A stretch of 64,000 nucleotides of DNA from Fistulifera solaris (taxonomy: Eukaryota): positions 310,001 to 374,000 of the forward strand of contig AP026148.1 of the NCBI GenBank assembly GCA_030295235.1. Direction: 5' to 3'. A program made the position numbers and the translations under genes. Positions within the stretch are counted from its first letter, which is position 1. Each line of letters opens with the position of its first letter. Positions 11,376-23,566 of this stretch are shown one piece after another. Under the pieces are notes generated by a model that saw only the letters and a program-made list of their open reading frames with translations, was not told the DNA's origin and made no database searches.

Positions 11376-12134
11376 TTAATTATTTGTGATTTGCGATTGG
11401 AATATTAAACAATTGAAGAGGCTTGTTTGAATGACGTTTCTGTGGCTTTGAATTTCTTGCGCCTTCCTTTCCTCCCTCATCATCAAAGGTAATAAAGGCT
11501 GAACGACAGCGCGAAAAATAGCACTTCTAGGCTTTCTCGACTGACCGGAAATGCTCCATCTGCTTGTCATTGCCGGTGACTGACGGGTATCCGCTACATA
11601 CGATGATTCGTTCACTTCTTCCACCACAGGTCCATCTGTGAGTAAAAGTAACTCTTGTCGAAAGTCGCTGTGAAAGTCTCTTATTTCTTGTACAATTTTC
11701 TCCGCAATGATATGAACAAGCGGGTGTAACACTTGCGCTTGGGAATCGTTGAGGACAACGACTCGTATGACCCAGATTAACCCAAAAAATAAGGTTATTA
11801 AAATGAACCAAAAGAGGCAAACAATAAGGGCATACTCTGGATTGCTTGTTATCGTCAGAAACGTAGCAGGAAGTAGTAAGACGAAAAGTAGCACTACACC
11901 CATTTGTATCGATGCTTGGGTCGATTGAGGGAACAGATCCAAAGATGTCTCCGAATCCTTCTGCACATCCAATTCTCCACTCTCTTCTGAAGTTACTGTA
12001 GTAACCACGACGGGTTCCAGCTTTCGACTCTTTTTAAATTGTTGCGAAGCATCACGATCATCCAAGTTGGACAACTCAACGAAACCAGTTGCTGGTGATC
12101 GATCTGCGAAATTGTTTTCTTCGAAGGTCTCCAT
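11376..12134 (-). CDS. Hypothetical membrane protein (two TM helices); the 3' end may be frameshifted
   Basis: 252-aa ORF with two strongly hydrophobic segments (MGVVLLFVLLLPATFLTI; ALIVCLFWFILITLFFGLIWVI). Confidence 0.6.
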   Translation of the reverse strand: METFEENNFADRSPATGFVELSNLDDRDASQQFKKSRKLEPVVVTTVTSEESGELDVQKDSETSLDLFPQSTQASIQMGVVLLFVLLLPATFLTITSNPEYALIVCLFWFILITLFFGLIWVIRVVVLNDSQAQVLHPLVHIIAEKIVQEIRDFHSDFRQELLLLTDGPVVEEVNESSYVADTRQSPAMTSRWSISGQSRKPRSAIFRAVVQPLLPLMMREERKAQEIQSHRNVIQTSLFNCLIFQSQITNN

Positions 12135-12804
12135 CCTGTATACGATGAGATATGCTTCATCTATTTAGGATGATTCTACTTTGGAAAATGTTGTGGTCGA
12201 AATGAACATTTGGAAGAAAGCGTGAAGAAATGGAAGAAAAATGCAGTAAAATTCGATCGCCAAGACAGTCAGCTCATGTTGCTACGTAGCATCTCTCTGG
12301 GGTCCTGCATGAAGGAACGTGCTATTATTTCAGCATTCAAGCAGAGAGTGGTACTACGTATTACATTATTTTACTGCGTAAAAGATTACCAGGTAAGCAT
12401 AAAACGTCAAAGATGTACGGAGTATGTTTTTGAGTGGGATTGAATAAACATTAACCCTACGAGCACTACTCTAGCTACGAAACCCAGCAAGCAGCAAGCG
12501 GCAAGGCAAGCGACGCGACTTGTCGTCTGTCTGCGTCTGCCGTCTGCAGTCTGCAGAATGCAAAAGTGGACTGAAGCAGGAACACCTCGGCCGCACATTA
12601 TTATTTTGTGGCGGCGAAAACACGCCCAAACGCCCAAAACAATGTAGACAGTCTGTATGCCTGTCCCTCACTCTCAATTAGGACGAGATTTGCGATAACA
12701 TTATTTATTGCACTTGAAATCGACAAGTCGTTGCCGCTCATTGCTATCAAAATAAGAAAGATACAGTGCAAATTGTTGCTATCACTAAAACTACCTTTAC
12801 AACA

Positions 12805-14352
12805 ATGACGAACGACTCGGATCATTTGATGCCCACGGCACTCACCGACTTTGTGTTTGATCTCTTTGACTCGGTGACTTTGTCGCAGATGCCGGAGGAG
12901 CAAGCCAAGTTTTACGAGGTTGATTTCCGCGAACTATCGCAGAAGTACTTTGCCAACCAAGCGTGGCCATCTCCTCAATCGATTGCGTCGGAATGCAACG
13001 GCGATCCCTTGTTTTTGGCGGTCTACCGAGAACTCACGCATCGACACTGGCACGCGGTTTCGCATCCGAACATTCGTGATCGTTTGGAAGGCTGGCAAGT
13101 CTACCGCGAGCTCTTTGAGGAAATGCTGGATTCAACAAACTTTTACTTAGTTCCTAGCTGGGTGTTTGATATCCTGAACGAGTTCGTTTACCAGTTTCAA
13201 GGGTTCTGTCAGGTGCGCTCGGCGGTGTACGCTTCGGCACGCAAACAGGGCCTTTTGAATGCAGACGGTACGCGCACGGAAGGCCCTCACAATGCCAACC
13301 AAAACTTGGTGGATAATTTGGCTTTGCTCGAAAAATCCAAAGATGTTTGGGATGTTGAATCTGTATTTGGGATCTTGCATCGCTTGGGAGCGATCGGGTT
13401 CGGCAAGGAAGGTAGTGAGATCACACCTGTTTACACCTACCTCAGCATCTTTAGTGCCGTGGCACGATCTCGGCTCGAGTGTTTGCTGGGGGATTACTCT
13501 GCCAGTTTACAGGCGTTGAATCCTCTTTCGACTTACGGGTCTTACGTCGTCCCCAAAGATTTGGAAGATTATCAAGGGACTATGCAACTCAACGTTATGG
13601 AAGTGTTTGGGTCCGTCATGGGCGCTCGCGTGTCGGTCGCTTACCATGCCGGTGTCAGTCTCTTGCTCCTTCGTCGATACAAAGATGCGATCAGTATCCT
13701 TGCGGAGATGTGTGCCGTACTGCAGCGTGGCTTCAAGACAGGTCAGCTGCGCAAGATTGTTGGTGGATCCGAGCAGCTCAACAAGCAGTACGACAGAATG
13801 CTATCGCTGCTTGCTTTGCTGACGCATATATGCCCTTCACAGTCCAGTGGCGTTGAGGAAGCGGTCATCCGGGCCATCCGCGAGAAGCACGGTTCCAAGT
13901 TGGCGGCAGCTACTTCCTATGAAGAATGGTTTCAGTGTCCCAAGTTCATCTCGGCAGATCCATCCCATGGTGTATTTCGTCAGCAGATTCACCGTTTTTT
14001 GGAAGAAATGAATCCCGTTCCAGCGGGAAGAACTCTACGTTCATACCTCAAGCTCTACAATTCCGTGTCCATTGATAAATTGGCTCATTTGTACGGTGAT
14101 TCTTCGGCCGATGAGGTTTTGGCCTTACTCATGTCGTACAAGCTCCGCATGCGCCAACTGGAACGCACCGGTTCGTCATGGAACGACTCTGTGTACAAAA
14201 CGGCGCTGGATATCCATTATTATGCCGAAAAGGATACAGTGCATATTAATGAAGCAGAGAAAACTCGTCGCTTCGAGAATTTCTTCGTGAATTCCATTCT
14301 TCATGACCACGAAGTTCGAAAAGAAACGCTCTCAATCGACGTTACTCTTTAA
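12805..14352 (+). CDS. EIF3L: Eukaryotic translation initiation factor 3 subunit L
   Basis: Motifs FLAVYRELTHRH, WVFDILNEFVYQFQGFCQ, RLECLLGDY, RRYKDAI, LRSYLKLY, DIHYYAEKDTVHI. ATG at 12805. Confidence 0.92.
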   Translation: MTNDSDHLMPTALTDFVFDLFDSVTLSQMPEEQAKFYEVDFRELSQKYFANQAWPSPQSIASECNGDPLFLAVYRELTHRHWHAVSHPNIRDRLEGWQVYRELFEEMLDSTNFYLVPSWVFDILNEFVYQFQGFCQVRSAVYASARKQGLLNADGTRTEGPHNANQNLVDNLALLEKSKDVWDVESVFGILHRLGAIGFGKEGSEITPVYTYLSIFSAVARSRLECLLGDYSASLQALNPLSTYGSYVVPKDLEDYQGTMQLNVMEVFGSVMGARVSVAYHAGVSLLLLRRYKDAISILAEMCAVLQRGFKTGQLRKIVGGSEQLNKQYDRMLSLLALLTHICPSQSSGVEEAVIRAIREKHGSKLAAATSYEEWFQCPKFISADPSHGVFRQQIHRFLEEMNPVPAGRTLRSYLKLYNSVSIDKLAHLYGDSSADEVLALLMSYKLRMRQLERTGSSWNDSVYKTALDIHYYAEKDTVHINEAEKTRRFENFFVNSILHDHEVRKETLSIDVTL

Positions 14353-14524
14353 AGAAGATATAAATTGGTTACATTTCTTCACTTTATGATCTAATTAGAT
14401 ACGGGGAAGGTCCTAAAAGAAGGAAAAGGTTTGTGCCATTATCCAAAACGAGCAAGATCATAAAATAGGTAGTGCATTATACAGTCAAGACATCTATCTG
14501 GTTGTACGTCGAAATGAGGAAAGG

Positions 14525-14590
14525 AAAATTTCTTCAAGAGCCAGACTTCTGCCGCGGGCAGTTCAGCTTGACTCCGTCATTCCGGGTCTT
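14525..14590 (-). promoter_or_regulatory. Eukaryotic SECIS element (type II) in the 3' UTR of the 14672-15333 gene
   Basis: Minus-strand RNA reads AUGAC-GGAGUCAAGCU-GAA-CUGCC-CGC-GGCAG-A-AGUCUGGCUCU-UGAA. It has the AUGA/GA core (14580-14576 and 14536-14533), an 11-bp helix II with 10 of 11 pairs (G-U allowed), an unpaired AA and a 5-bp apical mini-stem. Confidence 0.88.
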
Positions 14591-14671
14591 TCTACTCCAT
14601 CGTTTCTCCCATTTCTAGTAGGTTTGGAAGCTCACGCGCAGTGCCAAAGGCAGTGTGCGAAGCTTCGGTGC

Positions 14672-15333
14672 TTAACCTCAGGTATTTAGCTGAGGCAAAT
14701 CCGATAACGTCTTGGCTTGACCACGTTTCATCTTTCTTCGTCCTTTATTATGAGCGGTTCCTCCTTTTTGGCCTTTTCTTCCAAGGCGGACCGTAAATCT
14801 TGTGACGCATCGGCCTTTTTCAGGTAATCCAAATTGAAGAGCGAGGCCCAATAGGCCTTGGTCATGGCAAAGAACGTGAACGGATTCAAAGAAGCTTTTA
14901 CAATATAAGGAATGTGAAGCAATTTCATCAAACTGTTCTTCTTTTTCTTTGAACTGGTTAGCTTCTTATTCACTTCTGTTTTGATAGAGGCTTTTTTCGT
15001 TGCTTCGACCTTCGATTTTGTTTTTGCGGTAGCGCTGACTGTTGCTGCGGCAAGTTTGGCCGTATTGACTATTTCTTCTTCCTCGTCTTCCGCAGCACTT
15101 TCATCTTCCGATTCTTCTCCTTCTTCTCCTTCTTCTCCTTCTTCCTCTTCTACTTCTTCGTCCTCTTCTACTTCTTCGGTCGTCAATAGTGTTTCGTCCT
15201 CCACCGATACAGTGGCACCTCCCCGGCCGACGGCCGCGATGAGCGCCGGCGTTCGGACTACAAACGCATCACCTGCTGGAGCCATCAGTGCCGCCAATAG
15301 GGCACTGACGACGACGGTCCACATTCGCACCAT
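14672..15333 (-). CDS. Candidate selenoprotein (SelK/SelS-like tail, penultimate Sec) with a signal peptide and an acidic tract; frameshift at the T5 run 14765-14769
   Basis: MVRMWTVVVSALLAALMAPAGDA-F signal, RGG, a Glu-rich tract, and a hydrophobic segment (IPYIVKASLNPFTFFAMTKAYWASLF). Adding one A gives the tail KKGGTAHNKGRRKMKRGQAKTLSDLPQLNT-TGA(14680-14678)-GGT-TAA(14674-14672). The SECIS lies about 100 nt downstream. Confidence 0.8.
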
Positions 15334-15718
15334 GGCCGTAATATTTTTTTTTTGTATAGTTGAAGTTTCACCAACGTTTGTTGTATTTCTACGCAAAACG
15401 ACCCCGGCGGGGAGGAAACTAGTTTCGTGTGTGAAAACGGTGGCGTCCGTTTGTCGCTGCGAAAATTACACGTGGTGTCGTCTCGGTCGCATGCCCTTGA
15501 AACTCGGGATCGAACGACCGTAACTCGTGCAACGACCCCAACCAAATTCCAAACCAAACTAGATCGAATTGACTATAATATAGTAACGAAGATGACTTCA
15601 TATTGATTGATAGCATTGATCTCTAGAGAAGATACAGCAAGATGCAAGGTAAATCATGCATTTCTAAATAGTTTATTTTCGTCAATGAGCAGGCAGCACA
15701 ACTCCCACATCAAGATTT

Positions 15719-18165
15719 TTAGGCGGCAGCGACAGTCTCTTCTGCCTCAACTTCTTCCTTGTCCGTCCACATATCATACTCTTTGATGAGTTCAACCAAG
15801 GCGTCTACGGCTTGTTCATTGGGAATGTTCTTTCGCACCACTTCCTTTCCGTAGTACAAATCGACCTTTCCGGGTAAAGTTCCGACGTACCCAAAGTCCG
15901 CATCCGCCATTTCTCCCGGTCCATTGACAATGCATCCCATGACAGCAATTGTGACACCTGGCAAGTGTCCGGTAGCCTCCTGGATGCTGGCGGTCGTTTC
16001 CTGCAAGTCAAACAGCGTTCGACCGCATGACGGGCACGAGACAAACTCAGTCTTCGTGTTTCTCATCCGACTTCCTTGCAAAAGAGAGAACGAAGTGGTT
16101 CGGAGGAAGTCGACAGAAAACGGCGATGATGATCCAGTGTGATCAATCATCACACCGTCTCCGTTGCCATCCGTGAGTTGTGATCCTACTTTTGTGCCAA
16201 GCTGCAGCGCTAGCTCGTTCGAGTCGCTGGTATCAGTCTTAAACTGGTGAATCACAGCGACATTGATTTCCTCTTTCTTCAAAATCTCAAAGACGCGACG
16301 AGAGGCATGAAGAGCAGACAAGTCTTCCTTGATGTTGAGAAGAGCCATGACAGGATTCAATTCTTTCATCTTGGCCAAAGATTCTTCGCTTTCATCTCCT
16401 TTAATGGTCACTGCAAGTCGAATGGCACCGGCAGGTAGCTGGAGCGAACACCGCAGACCGTTAGCAGACGAAACATAGTCGATACATTTCATGCAAAAAA
16501 AACCCTTACCTTTCCACCACAGGCAATGGCGTCCTCAAGATCCATCAAAGCCACAGCATTAGGAAGAGGGTCTTTCTCAAGCTCTTCCGCGGGAACTATT
16601 ACTCCCATACTAACTTCGATAAGGCGACGAATGCCAGTGCGGGCAACTGTGTCCGACGAGGGCGGAACCTTTCGTAGCAAGATAGAGTCGGTCGTGGCAA
16701 TGTCTTTAAAAGGCATACCGACTGCCGTTTTGCAACCCAACTCCTTGTAAAGATATTGAACATTCTCTTTGCTAAACATTTCAGGACCAACAACACTCAA
16801 GACCGAGCCATCACGGTGCAAAAATCCTCGAACATCAACAGCATCACCTTCCTGTTGGGCGGGCAAGTCGCCCTGGCGGCGCTTGAAACTAGTAATATCG
16901 CGAGTGTCGACATATTTCTTCACGGCAGCCTGTCTCTTCGCCGAATCCTCGTTTGTTGCGGCCAAGCGAGACTCCGCGATTTCGGCCAATCGGTTGCAGG
17001 GCTCGTATTCAAACTCGGGGTCTTCCGTCAGCGAAACGCGCACAGTATCTCCCAAACCATCGGCCAAAAGAGTGCCAATACCAATAGCCGATTTCATTCG
17101 TCCATCTTCTCCTTCACCAGCCTCGGTAACTCCCAAATGAAGAGGATAATCCCATCCCAAACGGTACATTTCGGCGGCCAACAAACGGTACGACTGCACC
17201 ATCACCAAAGGATTACTGGCCTTCATACTAAAGACAAAGTTGTGGTAATCCAGACTGCGGCAAATATCGGCGAATTCAATGGCCGATTCCACCATACCAC
17301 GAGGCGTGTCACCGTAGAACGACAAAACACGGGAGGACAGCGATCCGTGGTTGGTACCAATACGCATGCACCGATTCAAGTCTTTGCACTTTTCTACCAA
17401 AGGCTGCAAGGCTTCTACCAAATAACCACGCTCGCTGAAGAAATCTTCTTCGGTTTCGTAGACCTTTTCTTCAAAATCTTTGCGTCCATCGGCAAAGTTC
17501 CCCGGATTGATACGGATTTTTTCCACCGCTTCGGCGACCATGAGTGCCACGACGGGCTGAAAGTGCATATCTGCACAGAGAGGAATGTCGTATCCTTTTT
17601 TGTTGAGACCTTCACGAATCGCCAAACAAGCCTTGGCTTCCCGTTTTCCTTGCACCGTGACACGGACCAAATCGAAACCTTTGTCGGCACAGCGCATCAC
17701 TTGTTCGATGGTCGCATCGACATCGGCGGTATTGGTCGTAGCCATGGTTTGTCGGACGATGGGATGTTCAGAACCGAAACTGATGGGCCCGCAGGACACG
17801 GAACGCGTCTTGCGGCGCGCAACGGTGTACAGATCTTCGCAATATTGACCGAGAGGACCGAACTGTTCGTCGCGAGCGCCGGTTTTGTGCGATGGAGTCC
17901 ACAATATATCCTTGGGAGTCAAGATCGTTGACTGAAATGTAGCGAATGAATCATGCGACTGTTAGAGACTTAAAAGTGTGGAAAAGAACATTCAATCAAA
18001 AGAAAACAAGAGATTCGTTCCGTTAGCACTAGCACAGAATGTTGCTCCTCAACCTACCATTTGCAGCTGCGTGGAAGAGCCGAATGCCTTCGGCTTGACC
18101 ATAAAGGCCGAAGCCACATCATTGCTGGCTAAGAAAGCAAATAGAGTATACGATAGCTTCACCAT
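15719..18165 (-). CDS. ispG: Plastid 4-hydroxy-3-methylbut-2-enyl diphosphate synthase (IspG/HDS); exons 18165-18058, 17931-16510, 16438-15719
   Basis: Motifs KIRINPGN, RIGTNHGSLS, FSMKAS, YPLHLGVTEAG, GDTVRVSLT, and the Fe-S motif SCPSCGRT...AVMGCIVNGPGE. Bipartite presequence with ASA-F. Two GT-AG introns keep the frame. Confidence 0.96.
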
Positions 18166-18452
18166 GGTTGTTTTTGCTAGAGTATCGCCATGCAAAGCAA
18201 ATGCCTCGTCCTGGGGAAGAGCGGTTGAAGTTCCACAGCGTTTCACATCATTTTGGGCCGACGCACGAGGAGCCGACCTACGAAGGACGGACGGCACTTA
18301 GTCACTGTTGTCATGAAAGTAGGTAACGAATTTGTGACGTGTGCCATGAAAATAAAAGGTAAACAATCAAACTCTAACCTTACTATGTCTGGTCAAACGT
18401 TATCTAGCTCCTCGCTCGATCGCCATCATCGGTGTTTCCTTTAACAACTCCA

Positions 18453-20766
18453 TTATTCTCCCATAACAGTAAATCCAGCTTTGCGATGAATGTGCCCCAT
18501 ATCCGATTGAAAACTGAGCGGGATCATGAAATCTTTCTTCTTGTCGTCGTGCTCGGTCTCTTCGTCCGTAGGATCACCGTGTTCCATGTCAATTCCATCG
18601 GGTACGACCATAATTCGGCCCATTTTCATAGTCCCTTGACCATCAATTAAATCTTCACGGAAGCGTCCTTCGTAAACAGCACCATTGGTAAACGTGATGG
18701 TCCCTCGTCCTTCGCGTCGACCGTTACTGAACAATCCATTGTAGGCTTGACCACCCGGATAGACCGCAGAGCCACGTCCATCCATGGCATTGTTGACCCA
18801 ACTGCCATCGTAGGTAAATCCGTCCGAGGAACGTAGGACGCCAAGACCGTGCCTCTTTCCGTCCTTCCATTCGCCATCGTACACCGATCCGTCGGGCCAA
18901 GTGAATGTTCCGCGCCCACAGAATTGATTGTCACGAAACTGACCACTGTACACCGATCCATCGGGTAAATGATAGGTGCCAGTACCATGCCGCAGCATTT
19001 CTTTGAATTCTCCTTCGTAACGACTGACTTTTTTCGGGGGCGGATGTTGACACTGTCTTCTTGTGAGTATTCTTCCGAGTCTGATAGTAATAATAAATAC
19101 CCGCTCCATGTATCTTTCCGTACGTAAAGTCTCCCTTGTAAATGATGCGCTTCCGATCCGATGACATGATGGTACCGGCTCCGTGTTCCTTGTCTTGATA
19201 CCATTCGCCTTCGTACAAAAGACCATTCGTGTACAAACAAACGCCCCGGCCGTGTCTTTGCGAATTGTACATTTCACCTTCGTAAATGACATACTTCGCG
19301 GCTTGTTGGTGGGGTGTCTTGTTCGTACCGTCCTCGGAGGGTGGCTGCGCCTTTTGATAATACAAATAATGCGCCGCCCTCCATCGAGCCGCTGCCGCAT
19401 CACCCGCGGATGGCAACTTTATGGTAGTTCCGTTGATGTTGCTGCTGTTCTTGGTTGCCAAATTCCGATTGCGAATAGAGGAATGACTCGATGGAGTTCG
19501 TTTCAGAGAAAAAGGCTTGGAAGGACCTGTTTTCAAAGCCACGGGCGTAATGGCGGATGCTACCGAATCGGCCATGGCCACCAATGGTATGGGAGGAGCT
19601 TCGGACGTGTTGTCATCCATCACTTTTTTCTGGGAAGATGGTGAAAGTGTACTGCTGCGCCGACGTCGCTGCTGTGGCTCGTCGTCGTCGTCATGTTCGG
19701 CTCGTTTTTTCCACGACAATTGACGCTTGCGCGTCGGACGCGATGCATCGATCGATTCGGCAGTCCCCGACTGTCGTCGTTTTCGCGACCGAATTTGCTT
19801 TTGCGGCAAGGGATAATAGAGCCGCTGGCAATGCATGATACCCGTCTCTCTTTCCAAGGATCCAATGAGTTCAAACGTGCCGTATTGATTCGCCCCAATT
19901 CCGCGAACCAGGATTCGTCCCGCCGGAAGGAGACCACCGTTGAATGTTTCCTTTGTTTTCGCCGCGACCATCATCATGTCGTTCGGAAAACATGCACGGG
20001 CATTCGCTGCGGGTGTGGCATTCAAACATAAGCAGAAATTTTCCGGAACCGGCAGGGCTTGTGGTTTCTTTCGTCCGACGGTCGTCTCGAAATATCCCTG
20101 CCAAGCACCCGAGGGAGGACATTCGTTGTAATATTTGGTGCCGGCGTCGGTGAAATCGGGATCGTCTGGATTCACCTTGTCGGCAAATGTGCGTCTACGG
20201 GGAGTCGCCAGTGTTGTTTTGTCGAGCGATCCTACTGTTGCGACACTCGTTTGTTGTCGATGTTTAGTAGCCGGTGTCGCTAATTTCGATACTTCCATTA
20301 TGGCATCACCCGACAGCTGATCCTCGGGAGGGTCTGTAATCGATTCCTCGACTTGCATGTTTTCCGTCGCGACATTACCGTTGTTTGGTTTCTCTTCTTC
20401 TTTACTTTCTAATCTAATCTTGGCTTCTTCCTGATGTTTTGTAGTCGTTTCGTCGTTTGTAGATTGGTTCTCTTCCTGCAAATTAGGATTGCTTGCATTC
20501 TTCGTATTGTTGTCCACTTCGTCGTTGATCACCACTTCATTACTTGTTGACTTGGGAGTTCCTTCTTCCTTATCGTAATCGATGCCTCGTTCGGGTGGTA
20601 TTTCCATCTCATGAGGTGATACGGGACGTTCCCACGTATACGCAAAAGGCATCGACGCAATTTTTTTGGCATTTATTCCTTCCATGAATTCCGCACCAAA
20701 ACACCATCGACCTTTCCACGTCCACGCAGTTCCCTCTCGTTCTATTTTACCCTTTAAAGCAATCAT
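18453..20766 (-). CDS. MORN-repeat protein; frameshift at about 19029-19040; start codon uncertain
   Basis: Repeated YEGEx..xxRHG.G motifs in both ORF 18931..20808 and ORF 18453..19403, joined at the T6/G5 runs. Confidence 0.8.
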
Positions 20767-21156
20767 TTCATTGGCGTCAAAAGAAAAAAAAAAGAACAGT
20801 AGAATCAAGGAAAAAGAAAGAAGAGAGTATAATAGGCAAGTTGGCTGGCTGCTTTTCCCACCATGCTTGCCGCAGTCACGTGGAGGGAATTGGAACGGCA
20901 GCCATCATTCTCGTGACTGAAAAGCAAGTCACGAAAACATCCCACAAACGTCTAACGTGTTGTGTGCACAGTAACAGGCAAATGACTGAATTCAGAATTC
21001 GTGAGAGATTCGTCAAGCTAAAACAAAGAATATTTTTGACTAAGACTAGAGTCGTGCTACTCCGTATTGGGTAAGATGCTCTCGAGAAGCATGCATCGAA
21101 CAGTGGAAAAATTAAAACACGAATTACTAGAGAGAATGTAGATGATATACAAGTAT

Positions 21157-22565
21157 TTAGATAAAAGGAACAAAATCGTCGTCGGCTTCGTCGGCTGCAT
21201 TGTTTAATCCGGCAAAGAAATCAACCGTTCGTTTCAATGAAGCAATCAAAGCATCAATATCTTCCTTTGTATTGTAGAAGTAGCAACTCGCTCGTGCTGA
21301 ATGAGGAATTCCGAGTTCAGCATGCAATGGCTGACAACAGTGATGTCCGGCCCGCACGGCGATTCCATCCATATCCAAGAAAGTGCTCAGATCACTGGGG
21401 TGAATGGATTCGTGGTAAAAGGCACACAATGCCGCCCGCTTTTTTCGGATCCGTCGGTCCCAACAACGTTAGCCCGGGTACTGTTTGGAGCTGTTCATAC
21501 AGATATTCCGCGAGTTCGTGTTCGTACAGTTCGATGTTTTTCATACCAATCTTCTGCAAGTAGTCAATGGCCGCACCCAAACCAATGGCCTGAGCAATGG
21601 CGGGTGTCCCGGCTTCGAATCGACCGGGAGCTGCTTGGAATGTCACAGATTCCAACGTCACTTGATCGATCATTTCACCACCACTTTTCCACGGTGGCAT
21701 TTCGTTCAACAATTGTTCCTTGCCCCAGAGAAACCCAATACCCGTCGGACCACACATTTTGTGCCCCGACGCTGCCAGAAAAGTCCACTCCTAGATCCTG
21801 AACATCAACGACCATGTGTGGTAAGGATTGACAAGCGTCCAGTACAATGGCGGCATTCGGGGCGTGGCTGCGGACTTTCTGGACAATCTCCTTCACTGGA
21901 TTGATGCACGCCAACACATTCGACACGTGCTGAAAGGCCACAATCTTTGTCTTTTCGTTCAAGTATCCCTCCAGTTCGTTGACATCGATTCCTCCCGTTG
22001 CTGGATCCAAATGAACAAACTTGAGTTTCAAATTCTTTTCCTGGGCCAAGAGTTGCCACGGCACAAAATTGGCATGATGTTCGGCCACCGTCAATACGAT
22101 TTCGTCCCCCGCTACCAAATTGGCTCGTCCGTAACTCTGTGCCACCAAATTGATGGCTTCGGTGGCACCAGACGTAAAGACAATCTCATTGCGGCTGAAC
22201 GCATGGACAAAGTGAGCGACTTTGTCACGAGCGGCTTCGTACGCCGACGTCGCTTCTCGACTGAGCGTATGAGCACCCCGATGCACGTTACTGTTGGTTC
22301 GTTCGTAGTAACTTTGGAGAACATCTAACACTTCTTGGGGCTTTTGGGAAGTGGCTCCCGAGTCTAAATAGATCACAGGGGTCTCTTGGTCGGTGACGGT
22401 GCGTTGTAAGATGGGAAAATCCCCTCGCGTTCGCTCTCCCAAGGACGCGGTTGCTGTCGATGCGGCGCGTGCACTGTTTCGAAACCTTATTTCATTTCGA
22501 ACCGTGAATGCATGGGCTGCAGAGCAAGAAACAATCCAAATGAATAGACATTGCATGAAGAACAT
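21157..22565 (-). CDS. sufS: Plastid cysteine desulfurase/selenocysteine lyase of the SufS type; frameshifts at about 21780 and 21418
   Basis: Motifs [30 protein letters not shown], (HK)[22 protein letters not shown] (group II motif), ARASCYFYN. Presequence with AHA-F. Confidence 0.93.
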
Positions 22566-23566
22566 TTTATATGAGGCAGGAAGTCGTGGTCGAACCAACA
22601 GAACAATGTCGACGAGTTGAATATTTTTTATGAGTCGTTGCTGCGTTCTGAAAAATACAATTTTTAATTTGAATCGTTTTCCTTCCTTTGTCTGCGGAGG
22701 TAATTTGCTTGGTGAATGGAATTACTTTACAAAAGCCCTTCACGGCGGCTCGACTAAAAACTAACATCATCATAATTAATTAAACCGAAAACACAGAAGA
22801 TGAGGAGGAGAAAAGCTGTGTCAGAAAAACAGTGCGAATCTGGGTATCGCTTTGGCCTGTCCGCGAATGAACGACGATGACGTGAACGCATTTGATGTCG
22901 TACCGAAAGAAAAGATAGAGAAGAACGAAACGGAAATCCGAAGACCCCCCGACAACGACAGACCGCAAGTCATACATTTCCAGTAACTCAGTCACGGATC
23001 TTAATGCCATGCCTTCTACACTTTCACTCTATAGTTCCCATTCAATATCGTCGCCCCCGTTTGACCGTCGACCATAAGGAATTCGCAGACGAAAAAGTAA
23101 ACGTCCTTTGACGGTCGACAACAGACACATGCGTTGCTAGTTCGCTTCGCTCGTCATTTCTCAGTACTATACAATAGCGACGTACTACAAGTTGCCGTTG
23201 AATAGTCGTTCAGATCTTAAGTAAATAATTCAACGGAACAACGCATGCTTCATTGGATCCCGCACTGTACTTAGTTAGATGACACTGACTAATTACTCGA
23301 CAACATTTCGATTGTCTTCCAGCCCGCGCCCGCCTATTTAGGGAGATCGATCCTGTCGATCTTTTTTAGCGAAGCAAGACGAGCACCGTAAGCACCGTTG
23401 AGCAAATAATAAATACAGCGGTAGGTCCTTCAAAGAAAAGGACGCGAGGCGTTAACTGTTATATTATCATCTTGACGTTGAGAGCCGCACCTTTATTACG
23501 TTTACTTTTAAAAGAAAGACGAATTGAAGCAACAACCAATCGATCGCGCAAGTATTGAGCCTCACC

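Noticed and set aside
15621..15660. AGAGAAGAT...GCAAGG resembling U6 snRNA
   Set aside because: It lacks the ACAGAGA box and the internal stem-loop. The similarity is too short to be meaningful.
16756..17931. Long antisense ORFs (391 aa opposite ispG; also 28419-29294 and 42536-43156)
   Set aside because: These are shadow ORFs of well-supported genes on the opposite strand and have no recognisable motifs.
14672..22565. Selenium-utilisation cluster (selenoprotein plus nearby SufS as a Sec lyase)
   Set aside because: SufS is the ordinary plastid Fe-S desulfurase, two genes intervene, and there is no tRNA-Sec, SPS, SecS or eEFSec in the window.
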